Below are positions 37,540 through 50,467 of a DNA stretch of 64,000 nucleotides, piece after piece. Both the position numbers and the translations under genes were made by a program. The notes under the pieces were generated by a model. It ran no database searches and was not told the DNA's origin. It saw only the letters and a list, made by a program, of their open reading frames with translations. Position 1 is the stretch's first letter, and each line of letters opens with the position of its first letter. The stretch covers positions 129,642,001 to 129,706,000 of the forward strand of contig NC_042997.1 in the NCBI RefSeq assembly GCF_006345805.1, read 5' to 3'. The stretch comes from Octopus sinensis. Taxonomy: Eukaryota.

Positions 37540-38389
37540 TATGCTTCAACACACGAACTCAAATAAAGAATCTTGCAAACCAAATCCAAAAACGAAATAA
37601 AATAATAGTTGAAATAGCCTACATGCAAGTGACTTAGTATTCCACAGACATATCTTTAACACCAATTCTCATATAGAACTAGGATGACATATATGACAAA
37701 GTTGGTCCATGGAATTTCAAGTGCAGCCCATTTAACAGACATTCATACAGTTTGTTACTCCCCAATTTTATTCGCAAGATTTGGTTTGACCTGAGGCTAT
37801 GTAAAATACTATGAAGTGGGTTTGAACTCTGCACCTCATGATTACAAAGTGAACTTCTCAACTCTTTAACCAGTTGGTGGCAGTATGAAAGGAAGTCCAT
37901 GAGCCTTGTAGATCTAATTAATATTTGTAGTAGTGAAAGAATAAAGAAAAGGGTTATTACCTCTACTTGCAACAAAGTTTCAGTCTTTATACATAGGCCA
38001 AAGAACTTTATAACTTGTATAAATAAAAGTGTATATAAAGATGTATATAAAAGATTCTGCAAGGTAGTGAGACATGGGTGTTAATCGTGGAAGGTCTATG
38101 GGGGTGGGGGATGAGAAAGGAAAAAGATGAACATGATCTGTTGGATGTTTAATGTTAATTTGCATGAGATTGAACACAAAGAAATAAAGGAAGTGAAAAA
38201 GCAACTGAGGGTTTCCAAAATCAGTGGAAGGAGAGAAGGAATGGAGGAAAGTAAGAAGTTATCTTCAGTTTAAAGACTTGACCTGAATGCCTGTGATAGA
38301 GGGAACTCCAAGTGATAGGTGATGATGTTATACCAGGCAATGAATTAACCCTGTCATGCTGTATTCTTTGTCTTATCTTGAGACAGCAT

Positions 38390-38900
38390 TCACCTGGGGT
38401 GGGTTGAACTGGCTTCATTCATCCTCAATGCTGCATCTCTCACAAACGCCGACCAGACCTGGCAATTTGAGGCTAGCAACCGTGTGATCTCCAACCACTC
38501 CTTATTTCAGCAGTGAACGCCATAGATATGGGGGCCTAGGTTGCGTTCCAGATCAGCCTTGACTGTCATCAGCCAGGTTTTTTGTTGTCCACCACATCGC
38601 TTTCACCAACCCTGAAGGGGAGCTGGGGCAATTGCTTCATAGCTGAATTCTCCTGGTTGACGACGGAGGGCATGATCCAGCGTACGCAGATGTCTCGTTA
38701 GGATGACTTGTCGGAGGGAGGTGATTTTTATGGCAGCTAGTCATGGCTGATGAGAGTGGAAGATATTAAGTGACTAGAATTCTTCAATCACCTCTGTCTA
38801 CGCCGCATCCTTCATGTCTGATGGCATCACTTTGTCTCCAACAATTCGGTGCGACACCTGTGCAAAATGCTGTATTCCTGCTATAGCAAGTTAAATGTCA
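38390..38900 (-). mobile_element. RTE-type LINE C-terminal fragment of a second family
   Basis: RHLRTLDHALRRQPGE...KRCGGQQKTWLMTVKADLE.NLGPHIYG...LA.NCQVWSAFVRDA. Confidence 0.7.
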
Positions 38901-39514
38901 TCTCTGCTGGATACCTGGTAAGTCAATAATGAACAATACTTATAGAAAAAGAAGTTGCAGCTGATGCTGTCCATTAGTTTGCCTGCAGTTGTTACTCTTG
39001 AGCTGTATATGCAATTATTTATTTTTTGCTTGGGAGCCAGGTGAAGGGTAAAGTTAAGCACAGGGGCCTAGTTCTGAGAGGGTTAAGTCTGTCATCAAGA
39101 AACAGGAACTGTCTTTACAATGGACTTCCACCCAGTTTCTGTTTTCCAAATTTCTTTCACAAGAAAATTGAGGCAATGTTTGAAGACATTTAACCAAAGT
39201 GTTGTATAGTAGGATTGAACCTGAAACCAACCACATAAAAGTGAAGCAAAATTCTCAACCACACTGCCAGGCCTGAAATATCTACAGTATTCCTGACTTT
39301 ATTTAATTCTTCTATATTTCCATTCCAGAGATGTAGACAAAGCATATAATAACTTGCTTTTAACAGTTGAACTCGGAGTAGAAAATCTATAAGTAAAAAC
39401 ATGTAAATATGTTAGACATTGGTCATTTCTACAGACGTGGATACATGTCCCATGAGCAGCCTTCAACTTTTTCTATCCAATTAGATTTTTAACCCAATAT
39501 TTTCACACTATTAA

Positions 39515-39976
39515 GGCAGCAAGCTGGTGGAATCAGTAAAATTCTTAGCAGCATTTTGTCTGTCTTTATGTTCTCAATTCAAATTCTTTTGAGGTTGACT
39601 TTGCCTTTCATCCTTTCAGAGTTGATAAAATAAGTACTGGTTGAACACTGGGGTCGATGTAATCGACTCACCCCCACTCTGAAACTTGCTGGCTTTGTGC
39701 CAAAATTTGAAACCAATATTTACACACCATTATCTGTAACTTTTCTACTTTGAGTTCAACTGTTTACTCTTTTACTCTTTTACTTGTTTCAGTCATTTAA
39801 CTGTGGCCATGCTGGAGCACTGCCTTTTAGTTGAGTAAATCGACCCCAGGACTTATTCTTTGTAAGCCTAGAACTTATTCTATTGGTCTCTTTTGCCGAA
39901 CCACTAAGTTACGGGGACATAAACACACCAGCATCAGTTATCAAGCGATGTTGAGGGGACAAACACAGACACACAA

Positions 39977-40035
<59 letters not shown>

Positions 40036-40220
40036 CATACACACACACATACACATATATAAAATGGGCTTTTTTCAGTTTCCGTCTACCAAATCCACTC
40101 ACAAGGCTTTGGTTGGCCCGAGGCTATAGTAGAAGACACTTGCCCAAGGTGCTATGCAGTGGGACTGAACCTGGAACCATGTGGTTTGTAAGCAAGCTAC
40201 TTACCACACAGCCACTCCTA
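39515..40220. mobile_element. Family D SINE (+, 39515-39720) followed by composite B-(TA/TG)n-C SINE (-, 39770-40220)
   Basis: Shared motifs with other copies. Confidence 0.85.
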
Positions 40221-41339
40221 AGCCTATAAAACAAATTATTTCATGTTTTCTTAAATTTTCTAAATTCTTATGGCGTCTGCAACACAGAATAACATTTTTT
40301 TAAAGAAATGTAACCAACAGTGTTTCTGGCCACCAAATAAATACCAATAAATGATATTTAAGAGACACAGCGAAAGGAAGGATCATAGTACAAGCACCTT
40401 AAGGTTTTAGGGAGTTTGTCAATAGCTGTTACCTTAAACTCGCTGCACAGTTAATGTGCAGATCAATGTTACTTATGAGGAGAATGCACCACTCCTGCTG
40501 TCAACACCTTTCTCATCCACCACTGACATCATTGCCATCATTATTATTCCACACCACCATCGCTATCTTCACAACTACTACCACATCAGCAGCAGCACCA
40601 CCACCACCACCAATACCAAGACCAACAACAACTCTATCACTTGAGCAATAAATCAATAGAAGCTGTTTCTTTCTCATTAATCTAGAGAGATCCAGGACCA
40701 GGTGAAACTTTTCTCATTCCACATTTATTTGGAAATATAAAAACTCTCACAACCTGAAAGACTCAAAAGTAATGAGAGTGGTGGGGGATATGCTTGAAAC
40801 GAACACAGAGAAAAAGAGAGAGGGAGATAGAGAAGGAGTATAGAGATTATTGTGAGAAAAAGAGAAAGACATTGAAAGAAATATAGACATACAGGAAAAG
40901 AGAGACAGTTTATGTAAGAGGTGGTAGGGGGCATTATGATAATATCAACAGCTCAAAGTCACTGTGTGTTTGTGTTTTGCCTAAGTGAGTTAGAGTGGAC
41001 AGAGGGGAAGATACTGAGCAATAATGGAAGAGTTTAGTTGGACAATAACTTTCAATGGTAAGATAATTACATTCAGTTTTGGTAGGCAAAATGGATAGTT
41101 TTTTTAGCATGTTATTGTCATTGAATAGGTGTTGGTCACTTCTATATCAATAGACAACTGAATATTGGGGACATAGTTCACATCTTGTGCTTCAAACATA
41201 CCTCAGTTTGTTCTGAGACCATGGGGCTGTTCTGGGACCCTGATGTAAAATATCTTGAGATTATACTATCAAAGGAATGGACATGTAGAATATGCTAAAC
41301 TCACTGACAATTGTCCTTTCTGTAGGTCATTGAGATTAT

Positions 41340-41380
<41 letters not shown>

Positions 41381-42568
41381 TAATAATAATAACAATTATA
41401 TATATATATATTTGTATTGGTGAGAGAGTTGGTATGTGAAAGCACGTGGTTGGATGTATATATAACTATTGATTGCTTAAAGTGGATAATAATTGTGGAA
41501 GAGAGAAACCCAGGAAGACATGGGACAAAGTATTGAAGGCAGATCCCAAGATGCTGAATCTTAAGGAGGAGATGACAGAGGAGTGAAATAATTGATGTTT
41601 TACTGAGCTCAAAAAGACCCATCCATTACTGTAAAAATATCCTAAAACCACTTGGTATGTTTGCACATGGAACCCTGTATTCATTCTTCCCTCTTTGCCC
41701 TGTTAAGATGCCCTCAATTCTCATCTACTAACACAAGGGTTCTCAACCATTTTGTTATCCATTTACCTCTTTGAGTACTTTTTATTCTGGTGGACTCCCA
41801 TAGCCATTCGATGTTTAAAAACTAGTTTTATAGAAATTTCTTTCAAAACCCTTTTTTCTCCCCTTCACCATTTTCTATCTGTCTCTTTCTCTCTTCCCCT
41901 CTTTTTCCTTTACTCTCTCACATTGCTCACATATGACCATCGTCCATCTTTCTTTTCTGTACATGATCATCTTTCTTTTCTTTCAGGGCTGTCCTAGAGG
42001 CTGGACATATACTATCTATCTCTCTCTTCTATCTTTTCTCTTGTCAAAGAAAATATTTCTCCAGTGTTCGCTATTTTATTCTCGTTCTGGTCTAACGACC
42101 TTCTATGTTTTCATTCAGTTTTCTTGTATGTCTCCACTGTCCTGTTTTTATTCCCAACTTTAACCGTCCATAAATCCCAAATTTTATTTTGGTATTTGTG
42201 GGAGCAACTGCCTTCGAAGACATATATGGTGGAAGAAAGCACACTTGTTGTTGACATCTAGCACACACTTTCTTTCTCTCCCATTAGCTCTGTCTTTCAC
42301 CCTGTTTCTCTCTCTCCTTTATGCATCTGTATTTGAGATCAAGCTCATGTGTTCTGTATTTGATGAAAGCATGGGCAATATGCTATGTACTGCAAATAAG
42401 TCTACAGCACACAGTGAGACATAAAAGAGGAGAGCAACTAACCTCTGCTGTCATTGCTGGATCCCAATGTGTTTCCTATTATACTAGTATTCTATTTTGA
42501 GGAGTAGAAATTGTTTTCCTGGTTGAGCTGATTGGTTTTGATTTTTACCATTATTGGAAGAAACCCGT

Positions 42569-42647
<79 letters not shown>

Positions 42648-42649
42648 AT

Positions 42650-42860
42650 ACGTTTGTGTGTCTGTGTTTGTCCCCACAACATCGCTTGACAGCCGATGCT
42701 GGTGTGTTTATGTCCCCGTAACTTACCGGTTCGACAAGAGACCGATAGAATAAGTACTAGGCTTACAAAGAATAAGTCCTGAGGTCGATTTTCTCGACTA
42801 AAGGCGGTGCTCCAGCATGGTCACAGTCAAATGACTGAAACAAGTAAAAGAGCAAAGAGC
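42650..42860 (+). mobile_element. Family C SINE body downstream of (TA)n(TG)n
   Basis: gtgtctgtgtttgtcccc...gactgaaacaagtaaaagag. Confidence 0.85.
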
Positions 42861-43403
42861 ATATAAGAAACATTTTTTCCCTTAAAATGTATCAAAATGC
42901 CCCCTGCTGGGTCCTGCATACAAAATTGGGCCTATATTACATGTTTTAGTACATTAAAAACTTTCGTGAACATGCGCTGCTGAAATTGGAGTGTGTCTAA
43001 TATGTCTAAGCATCAAATGCAGTCAATTGAGGATTGGTAGGATTTTCTTTAATGATTGAAATTGTTGTAGAGGCTTGGTGTTGTTAAAGGCAGCCTCCTT
43101 ACCTTCTGAAGTAGGGTCAGATTAAATGGGGTCACATAGTACACTACACTCACTGACCAGAATGATTTCTAGTTCCCCATGTACTTACTATATCGAATGA
43201 CTTTTAGGTTTCACTACATTTGTTTTATTATAAGCAAATTTTACATGGATTTTGATGCACATGTTAGCGATCTGTTTCACTCCTTTCAAGAAATAAAAAA
43301 AAGTCTTTATTGCAGTGGTAACTGCTCTTTCTAATCTTTGTTGGAGCTGTTGTAAAATCAGTGCGTATGTGTGTGTGTGTGCATGTGAGTGTGTAAATAT
43401 GAA

Positions 43404-43875
43404 TGTCATCATCATCATCATCGTTTAACGTCCACTTTCCATGCTAGCATGGGTTGGACGGTTCAACCAAGGTCTGGGAAGCCAGGAAGCTGTACCAGGC
43501 TCCAGTCTGATCTGGCAGTGTTTCTACAGCTGGATGCCCTTCCTAACGCCAACTACTCCATGAGTGTAATGGGTTCTTTTTATGTGCCACCGGCACAGAG
43601 GCCAGCGGAGGCTGGCAATGGCCATGATCAGTTGGTGCTTTTTATGTACCACTGGCATAGATGCCAGTCAAGGTGGCGCTGGCATCGGCCACGTTCAGAT
43701 GGTGCTTTTTATGTGCCACCGGCACAGGTATCACAACTACAATTTCCATTTGATTTTTATTTTGATGTTGATGTACTTGACTCAATAGGTCTCCTCAAGC
43801 ACAGCAGGTTGCCCTATGATCCAAGGTAAGCACAGCAGGCTGTCCTGCAAGCCATGAACTCACTTCGTTTGTCTG
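43404..43875 (-). mobile_element. Family A repeat
   Basis: Shared motifs. Confidence 0.85.
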
Positions 43876-43894
43876 GTCTTCGTAGTCAAATGTA

Positions 43895-44090
43895 TATATA
43901 TTATTTAAAACAGTTTGATTTGGCTCCATGCAACACAAAACTTTACAGGCTTCTTACAAAAACCTGGCTCATTCATGCTCAGATTACTGAATTTGGTTAC
44001 TTGAGCCTGAACAAGCTTGGTTTTTGTAAGAAGTCTGTAGAACTTTAGGCTGCATGGAGTTGAATCAAATTGTTTGAAATAGTGATATAT
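43895..44090. repeat. Imperfect hairpin/MITE-like element
   Basis: tatttaaaacagtttgattt..ctccatgca..tacaggcttcttacaaaaacc mirrored by ggtttttgtaagaagtctgta..tgcatggag..aatcaaattgtttgaaata. Confidence 0.65.
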
Positions 44091-44462
44091 GTAACTCCAA
44101 CTGAATGTGTTGAGTACCTTTTTCTTTCATTTGCTCACACACTTGTAAATATATTTTGTAAATATATTTAGCATCTAAATTTAGTGGTGAATTTGTTAGT
44201 GGGTAGTTTAGCTTAATGATAAAGCACTCAGTGGGAATCTTTGAGGGATATGGGTTCAAGTCCCATGGCTGGTTGTTGACAAATTTTTCCGCCATGTATG
44301 CGTAATTTACCCAATATTCCTCCTGTTCTAACAGCAACTCTGTATTTGAAAAAATATTATCTTCTTATTTGTATGTACAATATATATATATACACACATT
44401 TTCAAACACACACACAAACACATATCTGTCCAGTAATACATAAGATGTGTGACTGAGCTTAT

Positions 44463-45608
44463 ATATTGGGTCATCCCATAAATAATGTGTTTTTTTTCAT
44501 TTGCATGAACTAAAAGTTGGAGGGGGACAGGATAAAAGCAGGTAGTAATTTTACCTTGTACTTATTCTTAGTGCAAATTTTGAAGAGTGCAGTTCAATTT
44601 TAACAGTTATTTTCACAAAGCTATAATGGAATTGACAAAGGAACATATTCAGCATATTTTGTTTTATGTGTTCAATAAAGGCAACAATTCAATAGAAAGT
44701 GCAAGGAATATTAATGCAGTATATGGGGATCAGACAATAAGCATAAGCCAGAGTCAACAGTGGTTCCCAAAATTCTGAGCTGGAAACTACAGCCTAGAAA
44801 ATGAGCTTTATCCTGGAAGATCTGTAGAGCTCTGCAAGGATGTCTTGCAAATCATGGTGGAACAAAATCCCATTGTAACTGTTGAGGAACTAGTAGAGAT
44901 GCTTGGGTCAAAAGGTTCCTCACAAACTTACCCAGTCTAACTGTGTGGTGCAGAGAGGGAATGTGTGCTCTTCTTTGCTGTCATTTTTGGACCGAATAGG
45001 GACTGGTGACAAGAAATGGGTTCTCTATAAAAATGTCAAGTGCAGAAGACAGTGGGTAGGGAAAGGAGAAACACTGGTACCTCAGGATAAAGAAGGTCTT
45101 CACCCATGTAAGGTGTTGTTATCTGCTTGTAGGGATATGAAAGCTTTAGTCCACTTTGAACTTTTAAACCCAAGCCAAATGATAACAAAGGAGATCTATT
45201 GCGAGCAGCTTAGGTGGCTTAAGTCAGCACTGTAAGAAAAATGACCATCTGTGGTTTCAAGATGAAAGATGTTCTTCCATCAGGATAATGCTTGGCCTCA
45301 TACAGTGAAGATGACATTCCAAAGGCTAGAGAAATGATACCTCACCCACCATATTCACCAGACATTGCCCCATCTGCTATCATTTATTCCGCAGTATTCA
45401 AAAAATACAAATTTTGTAGACAAGGTGAGAACAGTACTGGAAGAATATTTTTTGTCACAGACAAGTGAATTTTGGAAGAAGGGCCTTGTAAGTCTATTTA
45501 AAAAGATGGAAGAGCATTGTAGAAAATGAAGGAGAGTATATTTTAGATTAAAAAAGAACTTTGTTTATCTTAATTTTGAAAAATATTAGAATAAAAAAAA
45601 AACGCATT
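44463..45608 (+). mobile_element. Mariner (Tc1/mariner, DD34D-type) transposon with pseudogenised transposase 44626-45551
   Basis: MELTKEHIQHILFYVFNKGNNSIESARNINAVYG (HTH), RIGTGDKKWVLYKN, FHQDNAWPHT and PPYSPDIAPS.YHLF; left TIR TATTGGGTCATCCCATAAATAATG; frameshifts and stops. Confidence 0.92.
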
Positions 45609-46144
45609 TGAAATTAAATATTTGTGCATTAGAAATAAAACAACAGTATCTCTTGAACTTTTGCAAAACATGTAAACTCAGCTGTTGTCTTAGAGAGTAA
45701 AGAGTTTTTTTAATGGAATTGTGAACCTCTGAGAGAGAAATTTAAAAATTATGTATTTTCTGCGAAGAAATTCAGCATTCAACTTAACTGGTTTCATTCT
45801 TTGTTTTCCTTCATAAAACTGGCAAAATCTAAGCACATGTGTGAATATATCACACTTTGTCAAGATAACTTACAGAGTCTCTGCACATATGGTGCTTAAG
45901 TAAACAATTATGCTTGGAAATTAAGGTTAATTAGAAATTGGAAATTAATATATATAGATATGTGTATGCTATAAGGCAGTGTGAGGCTGTTTTTATGTGA
46001 GTGGAAGAATGATAAAAAGAAATCAGCGTACTGTGAAAACAACCATAAAATTTGTTATCCTTGCTTTTGAATTTATGTGTTTAAAAGTAAATTGATAGTA
46101 AACAATGAACCATTCATAACCAGAGCACAAAAATTAATAAATAT

Positions 46145-47123
46145 ATAGGCACAGGCATAGGTGTGTGGTTAAGAAACTTAATTTGTAACCATGTAGTTTC
46201 AGGTTCACTCTCACTGCGTAGCACCTTGGGTAAGTGTCTGCTGCTATAGCACCAGGCTGATAAAAGCTTTGTTAGTAAATTTGGTAAATGGAAACTGTGC
46301 AGAAGCTTATTGTATGTGTGAGTATACACATATAACATATATATATGTAAATATCGAACAACGAAAATGAGTACTCAATATTGCATTGGTGGATAAGATT
46401 TTTTATATGTGCATTAAGCCTATCATTGGTTTCATGTTAAAGGAAATTCTCAATAGTTATTCAAATGAATCAGATAGGAAAACAAATTTTTCTGTGTGAT
46501 TCGCTTAAATAATTGCTGAGAATTCCCTTAACATGAAACCAACGATAGCCTTAATACACACACACACACACACATATGTATATGTGTATGCATATACATG
46601 CATGTATGTATGTGTGTCCTTGTGCCTGTGTTGTCCCTACAACTACTTGACAGCTGGGATTGATTTGTTTGACTAAACCATTCAAGATGATGCTCCAGTA
46701 TAGCTGTAGTTCAGTGACCAGAACAAGTAAAAGGTAAAACAGATTATTTCTCAATTGTTATGAGATATCACAACTGGGAGATTTCGAGTATACCAGTGTC
46801 ATCTCACTGGCACTTGTGCCCCGGTGGCATGTGAAAAAACATTCAAGCAAGGTCATTGCCAGTGCTGCTGTGCAGGTGGCATGTAAAAAACACTACTTGA
46901 GCATAGCCGTTGCCAATACCACCCGACTGGCCCTCATGCCGGTGGCATGTAAAAGCGCCCACTACACTCTCGGAGTGGTTGGCATTAGGAAGGGCATCCA
47001 GCTGTAGAAACTCTGCCAAATCAGACTGGAGCTTGGTGCAGCCATCTGGTTCGCCAGTACTCAGTCAAATCATCCAACCCATGCTAGCATGGAAAGCAGA
47101 CGTTAAATGATGATGATGATGAT
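46145..47123 (+). mobile_element. B/C SINE halves (46145-46320 and 46610-46740) and family A repeat (46795-47123)
   Basis: Shared motifs. Confidence 0.8.
46409..46559. repeat. Imperfect hairpin/MITE-like element, about 53-bp arms
   Basis: gtgcattaagcctatcattggtttcatgttaaaggaaattctca versus tgagaattcccttaacatgaaaccaacgatagccttaatacac. Confidence 0.7.
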
Positions 47124-47231
47124 TAAAATTAGATGTTTTAGTTTGGTAAAATGTTAATATACAGTGACATTCAAACAATGAAAAGTAGTCATTATTTTAC
47201 TATTCAACTCAATTTACTATTAAGCATATAT

Positions 47232-47995
47232 TAGAAACCATTGAAATTCTTTCCTCAGTTCCCATTTTGGGAAGCAAATTCTGCAGTAACTGCAATTAGA
47301 TATGTTTTTTTTCTCTTCTCTGTGATACAAAAGAATTTAATTCTGTGTTGTTCTTGACAGAAGATGATAATTATACCGGAGAAAATATTCATTCAACCAT
47401 AGCAGATATTGTAGAAATTACCAGTAAAAGTTGGCAATTTCTATACCTAATGCTTACCATCAGCCGTTTTTTTTTCATTCAGCTGGTTTACAATATTAAC
47501 TAAGCAACAAGCAGTAGTCTTTCTTATACAAGCTTCAAATGTTGGAAGCTGAGCTGTCAAAGAATTAATGTCAGTGTCAGCAGATAGCTTTTCTTAATAA
47601 ATATTTTGTTTTGTTGATTAGTTCTAGAATCAATGTCTCTAGCTTTGAATATACCTTGTAATTCACTGAATCAAAGCATTTGTCAATGGAATAAATTATC
47701 ATATTTATGACTTCAAAATTTTGTAATGTCTGTAATGGTCTTGAGTCTCTACTGGAAATGTACTTTTGTCATTTCTCGTTTTAATTTTTCTTATGGCCTT
47801 TCATGCCTGTAGAAATACAGGTTCTGAGACAAAATGTTATGTCCTTACCTTCTTGCACAATATTATCTTGACAGGACAAATGAATCTTGTCCTGTCGTAT
47901 TTTTCAAAATTTGTTGAGTAATTTCAGCCATCTTGTGGTCATCAAGGGATAACATTTTAGCAGCTTGCAGTGACTTTCGTAAATTATCAGTATGC
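47232..47995 (-). pseudogene. Decayed hAT transposase C-terminal half including the dimerisation domain
   Basis: HTDNLRKSLQAAK..., FEVINMIIYSIDKCFDSVNYKVYSKLETLIL, LLLVISTISAMVE*IFS (resembles LLVMPATNATSERSFS), LIAVTAEFASQN...FNGF*. Confidence 0.8.
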
Positions 47996-48627
47996 AAAAA
48001 TAAAAGCTAATTGAGACTCAGTGTTAGCCTCACTCTCTCTTTCTCTGTCTGTCTGTCTCTATCTCTTTGTCTCTCATTCCTATTATTTTTCTATTACTCA
48101 ATTTAACATTCATCACTCTCTCTCACTCTCTCTCTCTCTCTTCCCATAACCAATTTCTATCACTAGTCATATATCTTTCGCTCTCTCACTACTCCCACCT
48201 TTATAACTCATTGTTGTCATCCAGTACACACTCTCTTCCATTCCTCCTTTTCACTTCCCTTACTCCCACTTTCATCACCCTATCTCTCTCACTTATCACT
48301 CTCTTTTCTTCTATCACACTGCTCATGGTGTTTTTTTATTCAATTTCCTTCCCAGTAATGAAATGTAGTTGTCTATTATTGTCTCTCTTCCATTTCTTCC
48401 TCTTATATCACTCTCTCATTCTTATCACTCTGTTTCTCCCATATTAATCTCTCTGCTCTTACTCTCTTCCCCTGCTTCTCTTTCTTTCATTACTCTATCT
48501 TTTATTTACCATCTCTTCATGTGGCTTGAATGAATAGCAACAACATTAAGTGAAAAGGAACTCTTGAAGCCTTTGTCACAAACACAACAGCCTCTCTAGT
48601 GCTGGTAAAGGGGTTGGCTTTATAGAT

Positions 48628-48781
48628 AGCATCATCATCATCGTTTAACGTCTGCTTTCCATGCTAGTATGGGTTGGACGATTTGTCTGAGGGCTGGCAA
48701 ACCAGATGGCTGCACCAGGCTCCAATCTTGATCTGGTAGAGTTTCTACAGCTGGATGCCCTTCCTAATGCCAACCACTCCA
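48628..48781 (-). mobile_element. Family A repeat, short copy
   Basis: Shared motifs. Confidence 0.85.
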
Positions 48782-50419
48782 AATAATCTTTTGAGTAATT
48801 TTCCTTAGTGATTTATCTTTCATGGTTAAGTCAGAGTAGAAGCAAAATTGCTGCCAAGTAGAGTACTAGTACAATCAGTTGAATTAATTAGTAATAACAG
48901 AGATATTAAGAGACAGAAGATATGTGGTAAGCTGATTGAGAAATGGTTTGATAATCCTTTGAGCACAGAGTCTGTAATACTTTGAGTGTGGATATAAGAA
49001 AAAAAGGCGAATATTTTCATTTTCATTATAGAATCAGTGAATGAATGAGGTATTTGGAAAGCTGTAGATTAACTGCTGCAGTGAGTAAAGTAGGAATGTG
49101 TAGTAGACACAATTGTCAGAACAGTAGAAGAGTCATACAGAGGACACAGCATGTTAGAGAGTTAATGGTCGTAGTTTGTTAATGAATGGAGATCTTCAAA
49201 TCAGCTGGATGGCTCTGTTTGGATATAGTCTAGGATGTTTGTATGAAGCAGTGATTGCATAGTGTTGGAAGCATGTCTTTATGCTACACACATATATATA
49301 TATATATGTATACAAAGTGTGTGTCCCTGCTGTTGAAGACTGATTAATTATATGATCATTCGACCATTTGACTATATTGTTTCAAGATATTTGATACCTG
49401 AAGAACTGTACATCTGATATGAGTTGTATAGATTGTGTATAGATGACATGTGTGAGGAGAGTTAATGGGAAATGAAGGATGGTATTATCTGCAAAATGAA
49501 TGTGTGTGTGCGTGATATGAAGTCTAAATTTGCAGGTTGTTTTGGCAGAGAGAACCGAGAGCTAGGAATGTAACTAAACCTTGTGGAGTATTCATGTAAG
49601 AGTACTGGTGAGGGTTTACTCTCTGAATATTTCAAACTTGAATCATATGGTCTTAATTTAAAACAGGAAGATTTTGTTTGAAGGAGATTTGGTTGCTACT
49701 TTGAGCAGGTCAAGTGATTATATAAAGGCTCCCTTACTGAGAATGTGTATAATACGTATATCTATATATGTGTGTGTATATGCATGTGTAAAGTTAAATA
49801 AGCAGCTGTTTAATCTGTGCTTAAACCGAAGCTGCTTAAAAAGCCCAGCAGGTCTGAAGATCCAGCAGAAAGTCAGAAATCCTTGTAAGAGTATTTGAAA
49901 ATTGCTATAACATTGTGTGTGTGTGTGTATGTGCGTGTGCATGCACATGTGGGTGTGGACATATGACCTAAATACTCACTGCTAACTATTGATATGCTTC
50001 CACATTACTCCGGCCTGTTTTAGCAGAAGGATCAATACAAGGCAAGTTATCCATTGATTGCATATGTCTTGTGTGTGTGTGTATGTGTGTGTGTGTGTGT
50101 GTGTGTATGTGTGGTGGAAGAGATAACTGAAAGATATAAATCTATAGAAGTGTCAATCTATAAGTCTGTCTGCCAGTCTGTCTATCCTTTAATTTATTTT
50201 AAAATCATCATCATCATCATTTAGCGTCCATTTTCCATGTGGGCATGATATATAGAATATATATATATATAGATTAGTTATATGATTCATTAGAACCTAG
50301 GCACACCAGTACGTAGGACACCAGAAATAGCTAGGTACAAGAACATAAGGTTCATAGGGTTCACAGTAAGGTAAAACAACAGATGTCATAAATTGGAGAC
50401 CCCATTCGTGTTCTTTTAT

Positions 50420-50453
<34 letters not shown>

Positions 50454-50467
50454 CTATATGTGTGTGT

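Noticed and set aside
44201-44278. tRNA-like sequence with A and B boxes; also the heads at 13346, 28965 and 29993
   Set aside because: No acceptor stem or clean anticodon arm; these are degenerate SINE heads rather than tRNA genes
47361-47430. Plus-strand exon candidate EDDNYTGENIHSTIADIVEIT
   Set aside because: It is antisense to the hAT dimerisation-domain fossil, which explains the region
49666-49708. Candidate exon KILFEGDLVATLSR
   Set aside because: Lies in a dispersed repeat (gagatttgg.tgcta.tt motif, with related copies near 11300 and 56810)
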